The notes beneath the pieces were generated by a model. That model was not told the DNA's origin, made no database searches, and was given only the letters and a program-made list of their open reading frames with translations. The position numbers were made by a program, and so were the translations under genes. DNA of 64,000 nt, taken from the NCBI RefSeq assembly GCF_964204865.1, contig NC_135259.1, positions 8,990,001 through 9,054,000 of the forward strand, read 5' to 3'. The first letter of the stretch is position 1; the number at the start of each line of letters is the position of its first letter. Shown here piece after piece: positions 51,846 to 64,000 of this stretch. This DNA is from Styela clava (taxonomy: Eukaryota).

Positions 51846-53038
51846 CTCGTCGCCTTTCGCGTCCGTTTTCCGCTCGCTTTTGCTACTCGGCGTCTTTTTT
51901 ACGTGTAGTACCTGCCTTTTTGCGCCTGTAACGAAACAAAATAATCTCTATATCTAAAAAGTTTTGCTTACTTGGAAAGCTGGAATAACAGGCAAGCTGT
52001 AAAGAGCAATTCTGGACATCATAGACGTTTTTTTTTATCAGAGAAGATTACAAACGCGATAGCGGAAAGATTTGTGTGGAACATTTTGCAGATAATGACA
52101 AAGTTCAAAGTTAGTAATTTTTATGTTTGCGCTTAATCATTGAAATTTCATTTAAAGAGGGTGTCATACAAAACTGTGCTGCGATACAATTCCATAACAC
52201 AAAGTTTGCACCTATCGAACTTGCTTTTGTAGGTGAATTTATTAGACATATTACATATTCAGTTAATCGTAGGTAACATTGCTGGTACATAATGCATCGT
52301 AGATAGGTTTGTTTAAATTTAGGAATTTAGCTCATAGCCCACTAATTAATATTATCTTCTATGCAGGAGGTTGCAGGGCTGAATTCAACTTGCAGCCTTA
52401 CCGATCACCTGACGATGCTCATTTAGTTTGGCTCGAGCAAGTCTTCTTGAAATGCTTGTGTGGATGGAAACTACCCATATTTTTTGCCTTCCTCCGATTT
52501 TAGACAAATTTATTCTGAGGGATTTCGCATATAATTCTCACTGATTGTTGGCTGTTTATAATTCCTATTGATTGTGAATTCTGATTATAACAATGAGTTG
52601 AAAATTTTTTTACCTAATTTACTGGCACCTTTTTCTTGTCAATACTCCAAGCTGAGGTAATAAACATGACAATACATTTATGTCATCTGGAAGCAAAATA
52701 TGCACACTAATTAATAGTTTGGCACATTGAGATAATACATCATGACAGAAAATACAAGTTAAAGATATGTATGACCATCACATGGTAATTAAAATTAAAA
52801 AAAATTAATAGGGGCTGTGGAGTATGGAAAGTTCAAGACAAAGAAAAGAACAAATGTTCATAGCTCATGAACTCTCAAATTTGCCTCCATTGCTTTGTGA
52901 AGGCCAATATATTTCGAGTGGCTGAATTGGTTTACCTTTATGATAGCAACGATTTTGTATTTAATATAGCGAGATTATTTCAATTTAATTGAAGTGATAT
53001 AATTTCCCAAAGCAATGCTTGAATCGTCTAGAATAGAT

Positions 53039-54227
53039 CAGTGGTGTCAAACTCATGGGTTTTCGAGAGCCGCATTGCATTTTGAAAATTGTAAAAAGAG
53101 CCGCAAACAGTTTTTGATAATGTATACTTAAAAGATATTTTTAAGATAGTTTTAGTTTGTGACATATATTGTGATGCAACTAAACAGTTGGATTAAGTTT
53201 TATTATTTTCTTCAATTTCAAATGCAATTACATATTAATATTTGCATTCCACTATTATTGCAACATTTGCAAGTTACAGTATTTATTATAGAAAATCGTA
53301 AAATTCTATGTACAACCATCAAAATCATTTTTGAACAAGCTTTGAATAAGGAAAGAATAATACATACACTAAAAATAACTTAATCTAAATATATGAACCT
53401 AAAATTAACAAAAATACTACAGTATAAACTCAATGTTTTAATAATTACATTTGTCCTGGCGTTTGGCATCTTTTTTGTGTCACCAGCATACTAAGGCCAG
53501 TCTGAAATGATTTTATAGTACCAACTCTAACTAACGAGGCCACATGATCATGGGTTTATCTGGATCTTTACGAATGTTTAATTAATTCCAGTAATGCAAA
53601 AAAGTTACTTTTATCATTTCATGTATAGATCAGTAAAAAAACAAATGACAGATTTTTTCGACAAGACATTTCGCACTACATTGCGTGGCATAGGATTGCT
53701 TGAATTATTATTGATATTGATTTTTAGTAACTAAGTCGTTGTATAATTATATTAATATACAAACACATGGAAATTTTCTGTTCGAAGTTGGTCTTCGAAT
53801 TTGTCATATTGACTGCTGAGCTTATTGTGTTTTTTGATTGTATTGACGGAAATATGACAAATTAAACAATGTGCTTCAGAATTTTGTGAAGAGCAGAAAT
53901 GTTACAACTCCCATTTTCTTTGAAAATGCCACCTTCTTCATGTACTTTGCGTTTAATTTAATTACTCAAGTGTTTTATTCAAGTATTCTTTTGCTAGCTT
54001 GATGTGTATTCTTAATTGGGTCAAAATGTAGACAAAAAAATTAATATTCCAAAACTACTTTCAGTAAATTGTTTTCTGTGTGAATAATCAATTTCACTTT
54101 AGAAAGTTTGAAAAATCTATTACATTTGGATAAAAAAAAAAAAGCTTCAAAAATACTATTACAATTATTGTTAAGCGTTCGAGGGCCGCACTGGAAGTTC
54201 TCTGGGGCCGCGAGTTTGAGATCCCTG
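53039..54227. mobile_element. Non-autonomous hAT element (~1.2 kb)
   Basis: TIRs CAGTGGTGTCAAACTC / GAGTTTGAGATCCCTG; GAGCCGCA / GGGCCGC subterminal repeats; degenerate TSD GAATAGAT / GTCTAGAT. Confidence 0.75.
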
Positions 54228-55504
54228 GTCTAGATTGAAGTTGTTCAAAAAATATATGATAGTATTTTATCATGAATGATGATTATACCCCTTCCGGAAT
54301 TTCTTCTATAGTACTACCAAAAGTTGATGAACCAAATATAACACAGGTGCAGTGAGGTACCCGTAATCCTCATTTCCAAAGCTGTTTTAAGTATGTCTGG
54401 CGTGTTTTGTGCCTTTTTACAAATAAGACCGCTTATGCAATCTTACGCTTTGGAATTTTTAGTTATTTTCCTCAAGCCCTGCAGGATGTGGGGGCCATAC
54501 ACAACTCTACCGGAGGGTCAAATGTCTTTGCATGCCTCCATAGGTTGTTTTTCTATTGCAATTTTCAATTGCATTATATTTCTTGGAATCACACTGTCAC
54601 TGATATGTCGCCAGACTTCTGATATCTCCCCGTCTGCTATAGTTGTCCTGTGAATAAATAATAGGAAATTGAGATTAGACGAATAGTTGAAAGTTTTGCT
54701 TTATGTCGGCTTAATTTCTTGATTGATATACTTACTATTTCTGCTATTGCCTCTTGTGCTGCAAGAGTCTCACAATGCTAAATAAAGCAGTCTATATGAT
54801 TCAGAATGGAAAAGCTAATAAATCCAATATCTCATGTTTTATTTAAAAAATATTTTACTGAATTTGGTATATAAACCAAAATTACAAGCATTCGTGGCTC
54901 CAAATACTTGAAAAAACAGACTATACAATATAGACCGGTATGAGTGAAATGTTAGGTGAACTTGTTAACACTTTGATTCAATACGCAAATAAAAGTGAAT
55001 GCGTAATAGTATGTTACAATGAGCAGCAATCAACAATGAGTATATATCCTCACTGATTAAAAAAATCTAACTGGAGGTGCATGAACTATTTGAAACCATA
55101 AGGGGTAAGTAAATATGTAATTTCGGCAAATGGGCAACTACGTACCGTACTGAATTAATAACTTCGTAGTATTTGACAAAGGCTGGCTTTCCCACATGTA
55201 CTTAACAGTGCGATGCCCGGGTGTGATATACAACAATAGTATTCACCTTACCTTTTACCGATTTCTTTTTACCCCAACTTTCAAAAATATCATTAAAATC
55301 GACAACAACTGTCAAAGCAGACACGAACACCATTCGTGCTACGCCTTGAAAGCAGCACACATCCGCTCGTTTTCGTCTCGTCAAGTATGTGCATTGGAGC
55401 GTGCTATCGAATACGATCTTCGGACAAAAATGCCGGAGTTGCGCATCATGTTGTTTAATGTCATTGCTGCAACAAAGGACTCTAACAATTAGCATAGGCT
55501 AGAG

Positions 55505-56785
55505 CAGCGGTCGGCAACCTTTTTCAAGTGACGGACCGGTAAAGCTTGACCAAACTTTTGGCGGACCACCTTTATACAAACGAACTAAGCTTATGCAATA
55601 AGTTATACGCATTAGGAAATTTATGTTGACAATATACTAAAAATGACGGTGATGCTATTTAATGTGATGTCTGTATTTGTTTGATGGCCATTAACTGTTC
55701 CCATATTCGAGATATGGTCGACATTGACACGCGTAACGTGTTTCTTACTTCCAGCCTATTTCGTTTTTGTAGTTATCAATATTGAAAACCAGGCCTCACA
55801 TTAAGATTTCGGGAAAGTTAACAATGTTTTGTTGGGGAGATCTTAGTCGGACTGATGAGAGATATTCTTATACGGGCGTAAAGAAAACAATCGACCCAGC
55901 ATCATTGCGACATACTGACATGGCAATTGTGTATGAAATCAGACATGTTGCTCAATAGTGTTATGCAGTGGTCGGCAAACTTAATGTACTTGCGGGCCAA
56001 ATATAAACATTTCTGGTAGCGCGCGGGCCGCAATATTTCCGCCTTCGAACAATCGCTACCATAATTAAACTTCAAATTATGGCGCATCCGCATTGCTACA
56101 CTGCTATTGCTGTGTTGAAAGTCTGTCCCAATGAGATGTATATGTGGCGTTTCTTTATTATCCAACAATACATTGTTTTTATATACTTATTATCAATGTG
56201 AAAGATGATGTTTTTATCACAATTCGTCGTCCAAATGATGCTCTATGACGAGTTCATAGAGTTCGTCAAATGACGAGTTTAACATTGAAACCCTTAACAA
56301 CTGCGATGCTGACTGGGCATATCAAGCAAACTGGTTTTGAAATGCGCAAGAAAAAAAAATATTTTTCCGTTCAAGCACTTTGGAATGGTCGACCCGCGTC
56401 GCTCCGTTTTCCAGACATTTTCAAATTTTAAAAATCAAAATTAACTCGAACGACATACAACCGACGCTACTTGTTACATAAGAAGCGCCGTACAGCAGCA
56501 CTTGTCACCGCATAAACCCGTGTAGAGACAATATTAAATTTGAGATTAATTTTTGTTTTATTTATTAAATGTCGGGTCTTTCAAGGGCCGCAACAAATTA
56601 GCTCGCGGGCCGCATTTTTTCCGACCCCTGGTGTTGTGTTTGTCTGATTTACTGTTGGGTGCTGTTTTTTAGTCGTAGGGTTTGTGGTGAGATTGTGAAG
56701 GTTTTATTACGGCCTTGTCCGTTTTTGTGTCACCTCTCTGCGGACCGGCAGTAACCTTTCCGCGGACCGGCGACCGCGGACCATA
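55505..56785. mobile_element. hAT MITE (outer element) interrupted by a nested MITE
   Basis: Left TIR CAGCGGTCGGCAACC with CGGACC subterminal repeats that recur at 56741-56782; right TIR eroded. Confidence 0.6.
55966..56630. mobile_element. Nested hAT/Charlie MITE
   Basis: TIRs CAGTGGTCGGCAAA / TTTTCCGACCCCTG; TSD GTGTTATG / GTGTTGTG. Confidence 0.82.
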
Positions 56786-57647
56786 GGTCCCCAATTTGAC
56801 CGCTTCAAGCCCACGTACCTATGACCTAAACCAATCAAAAAAATTCCTAAGTAATTGTAATGTGTTGCTTCTTACCGATGGTTCTCAACAAGCTGGGGTA
56901 GGTATTCTAGTTTTCGTTCGCCGACAATGCATATCTTAGCGCCGACGCAGAAGTGGTCTCTAAGACGACGGCCACCGCGGTAAACTCCAAAACTAATCAA
57001 ATCTTAAGAATACTGAACAATGACACAGAAATATTCAAAGAATCTTAATTATAAATAAATTATCCCATCGAAAATAGCGTTTTTATATTTATGATTATTT
57101 CAAATGTGTAGATAAATTGTGCAGCAAAGATTAGATGATGCACCAATGCATCAGTATTCCAATTAGTAAGCATTAAAAACTGTGGAAGACATTATTAAAA
57201 TACAGTAGTACCAATATGACAGTGACAGATATAAAATTAAAAGAAAAAATAATGCATCTGGGTTTTTGGCTAGTGAGTCGGTAGGAGAGGTGCATCAGAT
57301 TTTATTTGATAGAAAAGTTAATTTAAATGTATTAATGGTGAATATATTGTGATGCGAAGGTTGTACAATAACAGGACCTGAAAACATCGGTATAAATGAC
57401 GATGAATATTTCAATTGTACAATTGTAATTCTATAGCAAAATACAGCTCTATAAATTTTACAAAAATTAGTACGGTAAGTGGTTCCCAAAAATATATGTG
57501 TATTTTACATTTAAAAACCACGGATGTCTGGCAAACTGGTAATGTATAGAGATCCATTTTACATTTTGCGTCTATCTATTGCATTGCGGTTCATTTCTGC
57601 ATATCCTGAATAGCCAATAATATGCCAAAAAAATTCATTTGATGATA

Positions 57648-60600
57648 TCAGTCTAACAATGGATGGGTTTCAGAAGCATCACCTGAATTTGATTCTGTGG
57701 CATTGAGTGATCTTAAGTCACTGTCAGCAGAACTAGTTCTGTGGATGAGAGTGGTCAATTCATCACCATTTATGACACTTGAACCAGACTGTATTTTTAC
57801 AGGTACAACATGATTTCTTGAAGTTGATGACAAATCGATTTCTTTAATATAATTTGGGAATGTTTCGAAAGAATTACTTATTGCGTTATGATTGGAGTTG
57901 TTGGAATCAATGATTTGGGTGAGGGGTGAAAATTTAACTGCAGGAAGAGTAGCAGATTGATATGCAGATGATACTTTTTTAGTATGAAAAGATTGAGTCT
58001 TCGTATCATTTTTCACCGATAGCATATGAGAAGAATCTTCTAGTTCGCTTTCAATGAAGAATGTAACCGATGGCTGTTTTTCCTTCTTTTTTAAAACATC
58101 TGGTCTGTTATTTTCTTCTATTTCAGGGAGTAGTGGAATGTCAGTGATTTCAATTATTGGGGGAGGTCTACCGGATAACATTTGCATAGATGATCTTAAG
58201 GGCATTTCCGACATTTGCACTGAAGATGAAATATCATCATTGAAAATTTTTCTAACAAATATAAAGGTAGAATTGCTTTTTACCTAAATTAAGATATATT
58301 AGACACAGCTCGCCAATATGAATAGAGCCCCGTGCTCCAGATATGAAAAGTGAAACTAGTATACAGGGTGTTTAAAAAAGTCCAGTTACAATCAAAACTA
58401 TGTTATGAAGTCAGTTGTCGATATATCTTTAACCATGTCTGTTTTATTTAATATTTTAATCATTATTAGTTTAAGTTTTTTCTACTTCATTCAATTTACC
58501 TCTATATGCTTAATATTGATCGATGAACAAATATCTGTGTAATTAATTCGACACGAGTAGGCTACCTTTACTCAAGTAAAAATTGAGTTTCAAAATTCAA
58601 AACATAAAACCTGGATTTGCAAATGACGTCAGTTTTTCCTTCCATTCAGGAAACATAAAAACAACAAAATAAGGAAGAATTTTAGGACAAGCTTCTTCAA
58701 ATAAATGGAGTAAAATTGCAACATCGTTAAATACTGGAGGATTATCAGAAAACCTGTAATTGAAAAGGTATTGTAAGTTATTAGCTCAGATTGAATATGA
58801 AAATTCATATGCGATCTTAGAGAAGAAAATAAGCTGATGTTTTGAATAGTTGTAATTGTTGACCTGTAAAGCCCAGTGCTGCGGGTAAGGGTGCCAAGCC
58901 TTCAATCAGCCCAGAAATACAGCAAAATGAAGTTTATAGGAAATAAGACTTATGAAGAATTTTTCTTTGTTAGTTAGTACTGACCTGAAAGCCCTGCAAG
59001 TCAACAGTGGTGTATCATCTGAAGTATACAGTGTTCTATGTCTTCGTAAGCAGCTATAAAACAAAGCATCTGAAATCTAAACATTGGGTACTCCAATATT
59101 CATTTGAAAAAATATCCCTAAATTAGAATTTTAGGTGAAACTTGGAAATCTACATCAATGAGGTATATAAATCATTTAAGCAGATTGAAAATATATTACC
59201 TGGATATATTGCAGCATGATCTTCGTCTCACAATTGATTTTTCATTAATCCATTTCAATGTTTTACAGTTGAATACACCATAAATTAAAATCACAGTTTG
59301 ACCCATAAACCAAATTATTCTAAAAAATAGACATCGAGAACTTACAAAAAAACATAAAATAAACCAGTCAATATGAATCCATAGTAACAAGAACACTCTT
59401 TGACAGAAACAATGTAAAAACTAATTTAAATAAAAAAAGAATTGTTCTGCTAAACTATTGTTGTGAAAAAATCTACTTACTACTGTACAAATTGATGCTA
59501 AATTATGAAATGACTAATAACTTCTAACTAATTACTTTGAATTTTTTCCATGTGGCAAAATGACCTCCGGTTTATATTTTGATTCAAAGAAACAATATTT
59601 TGATAATTGCCTATTCTCTATCTATATATTTCAGCATTCATTCTTCATTTATAAATAACTGGTATTGAAATTTAAAGCAATAAAATATTTGAATATAGAC
59701 GCGCATAGGTATATAGAAGAGAATTTTTTTGAAATATTTTTTTTCAATTTTCTCAACAAGTTGAAAAATGTAGCCTTATTCAGCAAAATCTGTAATTTTT
59801 AGAATAAATACATTCATATAAAATTTGGAATTTCAAGCACTCATTAAGAGTTAAAAAATGAAAAAAAAAAACATCACTTTCTTACCTTAAAAATGTATCA
59901 TGATCACAGGGTACTATAGAATCTTCTGGACATATATAATAAAATTCGAGAGTGACAAATAAAACAAGATTAATATTGAAGATAGTAATCCATAAAATAA
60001 ATTGTAACAGTGACTTGATTATATATGTGTTCCATATATTTGTTTGCACTGAATGGCTTTCACAGAAAGTCTGAAAAAGAAGTCTAAAATATCACAATTG
60101 AATTTAAAATTCAGGTTTCCATGAAATACTGTATATCCTCGCGTATAGGTCGAGTTTAAAGTAAAAAATGTGGCCAAACTAAGGGGTCAGCTTGTATGCT
60201 CATAACTCTGATCGCACTAACAATGTAACAAACAACAATTTGTAGGGTCAGCTTATATGCGAATTTTTATATGTGACGATACACAAGAAAACACTAATAT
60301 ATCAGAATACAAATAGTTAACAGAATATACATACATTGCATTGATAGTTCTTATCATGATATATAAATAAATGCAATCAATTGCCTATATGCCATTCATA
60401 ACAATAACTGTAAATTGATCCAAAATTTTATTTTGTATAAACCACACATAATCTGATTCAAAACCAAAGACTCGCTCCACTATGCTGTACTTAATTTGCC
60501 TAGTAACCTAATCCACATATTTCAGATTTATTGGATATTTATAACAGTATACCTGTACTTTCTCATATAAATGTCTAGCTTTTGCTTTAGCTTTATAGTC

Positions 60601-63092
60601 TCCATTAGGATGAAATAATGTGTCGAGTAAAGACTTCATATCATAAATTGTCTGTAAAGAGTTGTATTATGTAAAATATTATTATAACAAAGTACTGATA
60701 TATGCCATAATATGCTACTTGATCCAAAAAGTTGGCCAAAGATTTTGCATTGATGTCATTAATATTTATATATAGAAGTCTGCAGTAGAATGCTTCAACT
60801 CTAAACAAGAATTATGGACAAACTGAGCCAAATATATTTTTACATAAACCAGTGTCTTGAAATTATAGGTGATATCCTATTTTTTTATTATACAGCAGAA
60901 CAGATTAGATTTGTCGATAATCCTGGTTGAACATATTATACACGGTATTATGTCATCTGCAATATCCTCATGATATATCATTTGTTTAATAATCACTGGA
61001 TGCTGGCATACGCCCTCATTACTAAAATATTATTCCCTTGGTTGGCCTAGATGATTTCGCAATAACAAATATTAGATATCTGTTAATAAACACATTTAAG
61101 ATATAGGATGATAACTGAATGGAAAACAACTTTGCTCACATTTTCACTGCTTATAACCGAGTAGAGAGATTGAGAAATATCAGAAGATTGACGTTTATCA
61201 GTGATTATGTTTAATGCATTTTTAACCCAGTCACTTGCTTGGCACTCCTCAACAATTTCAGTGAATCTCTTTAGAGTGTGCGTTACTTTAGGTACCTAAA
61301 AATAAAAAAAAGCAAGTTAAAATCATGATTATAATATCCTTACAGTTATAGTTGACAGGATCAATTTGCAACATATTCATTTGAGCTGTAAAAAGCTTGA
61401 TAAGTGTGGCTTTATTAACTGAAGAAATCTGTAATGAGTAAACTCCAGTAACGTTTTACCAAAACTCTTTGGTAAGCATAGCTTCAAGATTAATTAATTA
61501 GATTAATTTAGTTGATGCTATGCTACTACATCAGCGTCTTGACATAAAATCTGCTTTCATTGTTAGTTACACACCTTGTCCCATATCAATCCTGAAAACA
61601 GTAGAATAGTAGATTCAACAAGAAGAATATAAGCAAATACTGTTTGATAATATTTTGCACATTGGACAATTGACCCTGATTCATTCAATGATTCGTTCAA
61701 CTTGTTCACACCTACATTATCTGTCAAGATAAAATGTATTGTTGAATAATGAAGTACATATAAGTCAAAGCAGAGATGGCTATTCTACACCAAACATCAT
61801 AGATTCATATTAGATGCACTGCATATTATGAAACACTAGCAGTAAATGTAGTAGTGACAGTGAACATGTAAAAATTTATAAAACACACAACTCTCGAATT
61901 ATTCTCAATTCATTATAATAGAATTTAAAATATATTTTAATCATTCAGTGTTGCCAAATATGATAATAGCGCAAATAATGATTCGAAAAGGTATGAAAGA
62001 TTCTCCTTATCAATATACTTTGAATAAAGCACACCCACTGTTTTCAGATTTTCTTGAAATGATATGAAAATAGAGAAAGTTTGAAAGGTGATATTATTAC
62101 CGTACTTACTGAATACAGCGCAAAACACCGCTAAGAGCGCGAAATACAAGGAAACCAGCGCAAAACACGAGATGCAGTTATTACCACCTCCTGCCGCGAA
62201 AGAACCACGGCACCTCTCGCCATGGTTTTATGGCGCAATTCCGGCATTATTTAAAAGGTTATGTACCGGATTCTAGGTCATCATGCGAAATTTTAGCTAC
62301 TTTTTTTCATATAACCCTAACCCTAAAGCCAAATCAATCAAAGCTGTATCCAAATGGAAAATGTTCTAAATTATGGTACCCAAAATGTGTCACCAGCAGG
62401 GGCAGACCTGCCATTACAGCCTTGGTTTGTGTTTTTAACTTGCTGCCGTGGTACCTCAAAAAAAAAGGTGGCCCAACTCATCGCAAATTTTTTTTCTGCT
62501 TTGCGCTGTTTCCCTCTGTTTCACACTGTTTTGTGCAGTTTCGCGCTGTTTGCGGTGTTTTGCGCTGTATTCAGTAAGTAGTAAGACCAGGTAAACTTTC
62601 ATTGATTAAAATGTATTATTCTTTGTAGTCTATTTGAATTCACAGACAGAAGGGTAATATGTGTCCTGATTGTGGTGAGAACTGAAGAATGAAACTTCTA
62701 TGGTTGAATAAAATTATTAGATATTGTTATCTCATCTTTTATACAATAGCCAGTGCAAAAATTTACAAAATTATATTAAAATATTCACCTGGTGATGTAA
62801 ATTCATTAAACTTCCCATTTCCTGATAATAATTCTTCATTTTCTTCCAAATCAGATTGAAGAGGTGATGGCCTGGATGTATATACCAAAGTGCCAAATTC
62901 TTTCGGAAATTGGTCAGACTTTTCAAAAAGTTCTTGGGGGCAATTAATTCTCATTGTTGATCCACCAATCCATACCCTCGCTACTCCAATTAAAGCAATG
63001 ACGATGATGAAATAGGAACAGTAATCCAAAAAGCCCTCTCTGGTAGGCTTAATAATTGATGCAAATATTTTGTTGATCGATGAACAATGCAT
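57648..63092 (-). CDS. LRRC8: LRRC8-like (volume-regulated anion channel / pannexin-like transmembrane domain) gene lacking leucine-rich repeats; TM2 region unresolved
   Basis: Exons 63092-62789 (IIKPTREGFLDYCSYFIIVIALIG..INCP, cf. LRRC8A [24 protein letters not shown]..ICLP), 61295-61140 (PKVTHTLKRFTEIVEECQASDWVKNAL, cf. [27 protein letters not shown]), 60651-60553 (AKARHLYEKVQ, cf. QAKALFEKVK), 60070-59886 (TM3 plus C..CDH), 59319-59200 (TM4, LIYGVFNCKTLKWI), 59053-58985, 58753-58611 (SDNPPVFNDVAILLHL, cf. SDIPDVKNDFAFMLHL) and 58219-57648 (Ser/Pro-rich tail). Phases are consistent from 61295 to the stop. LRRC8A comparison strings are from memory. The exons between 62789 and 61295 could not be joined cleanly. 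Confidence 0.75.
62103..62580. mobile_element. Foldback / long-TIR MITE in an intron of the LRRC8-like gene
   Basis: TACTTACTGAATACAGCGCAAAACACCGC at 62103 is the exact reverse complement of GCGGTGTTTTGCGCTGTATTCAGTAAGTA ending at 62580; internal AACCCTAACCCTAA near 62313. Confidence 0.8.
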
Positions 63093-63179
63093 ATTGCCTG
63101 AGCAAGAGATGGCTCATACATCATCATACACTCACTGACTCATATAATATTGCAGTGACAGAAATACATCACCATAAGG

Positions 63180-63525
63180 CTATGTAGGATAGGATTTACA
63201 TATTTATCCCGGCGGAGAGGAAACCCGATAAGACAGCTTATCCATATGACGAACCACAGCCTCTCGTCCAGTTACCATTCCGAGTCGCGTATGGGATTAG
63301 TTATATTGTTTTGTTTTCGGAAGAATGGACTTGGTGGTGGAGGAAGCCGTAACCGACCAGCGGTTACGTGAACCACCCAACGACGGCGAGGAGTCCAGCA
63401 ATCCTCTCGCACATAATCATCCCTGCATGAGATTCGAACCCGCGAACCCACGCAGAGTAATTAGAGGTGTGGTGGCGAGCGTATTCCTAACGCTTAGCCC
63501 GTTGAGAATACGCTCGCCACCGCAA
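63180..63525 (-). mobile_element. tRNA-derived SINE
   Basis: Pol III B-box GGTTCGAATC on the minus strand (63431-63440) in a GC-rich ~340-bp block, with an A-box-like segment upstream and a short ATCCT repeat tail near 63185-63195. Confidence 0.65.
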
Positions 63526-63977
63526 GTTCATCCATCTCCGAACTCCATAAAAAAAAAAATCTATCTGATTATCAGAAACCTCGAAAAATATTATATAATA
63601 CCAGATGGTTATTTTCTAGAATCAGAATATAATTACTTTGAACGACTGATTTTACAAACAAGAAATTCTGAATTAGGTCTACAGTCCAAAGCGTGGGTCT
63701 CGTGTAGTTTCATACCACGATACAGATTGCATTTTTTGCTAGATGAATAATATTTATAGGCTATACCGTATTCAGGTATTTATTTCAAAAATTTCTGTTG
63801 GCTCAATGGGCAGATGGCAGGCAGGATGGGCACATGTTTACCAAACGACGTACCGGTAACCTACTTCTAGTCGGCGTGATACAAACATTTTTGCATATGT
63901 ATTCCTAACTCCCTCCTGAGTCAGTTATCCAAAAATTACGTCACTAGTTACTAGGACGTCAAAACACCCCATAGAGC

Positions 63978-64000
63978 AGTGGTTTCAACCTTTTATGGCC
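63978..64000. mobile_element. Start of another hAT MITE, cut by the window edge
   Basis: CAGTGGTTTCAACCTTTT resembles the other CAG-type TIRs in this window. Confidence 0.4.

Noticed and set aside
60330-61080. Exon-like blocks in LRRC8-like introns (60335-60500, 60780-61080)
   Set aside because: They contain stops in the required phase, and the flanking exons join in frame without them.
62313-62327. CCCTAA repeats (also at 15317, 24205 and 41419)
   Set aside because: Only about two units, embedded in a dispersed repeat; not a telomere or an interstitial telomeric array.
61937-62581. Overlapping ORFs with AVFCAVFSK repeats
   Set aside because: These are translations of the inverted repeats of the foldback element.
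63400-63520. Possible tRNA gene (GGTTCGAATC)
   Set aside because: No cloverleaf or acceptor stem; it continues into a SINE-like body.
63325-63750. 141-aa ORF
   Set aside because: It runs antisense through the SINE into AT-rich flank; no recognisable protein.

Overview
AT-rich, intron-rich eukaryotic DNA, probably from an invertebrate chordate such as an ascidian; this is inferred from the LRRC8-like gene, the compact introns and the repeat types. The ORF track is mostly noise because the real genes are spliced. Positions ~1-49,200 hold a cluster of ten paralogous five-exon genes (8 on +, 2 on -), reconstructed by hand from GT-AG junctions. They encode small secreted proteins with the consensus signal peptide-FDP-SEF..C..GFAPY..IECxNxSPS..xATC...CxDP...P(I/V)..F..R..(A/G)CxC(V/I). 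This is best read as a divergent IL-17-type cystine-knot cytokine family. All ten share intron phases 0/2/2/2, and the last exon supplies very different C-terminal tails (polybasic, Cys-terminated, polar/acidic or minimal). One copy is frameshifted, one has lost its basic tail, and genes 1 and 2 are a recent ~5.5 kb tandem duplication with mostly amino-acid-changing differences. Most copies have a recurrent upstream module in either orientation: bZIP (C/EBP-ATF) site + TTCTCTCGTT + NF-kB-like site. The right end (57.6-63.1 kb, - strand) holds an LRRC8/pannexin-like channel gene that ends in a Ser/Pro-rich tail instead of leucine-rich repeats; its TM2 exon could not be recovered intact. hAT/Charlie MITEs (one nested), a mini Tc1/mariner MITE, a foldback element and a tRNA-derived SINE are scattered throughout.
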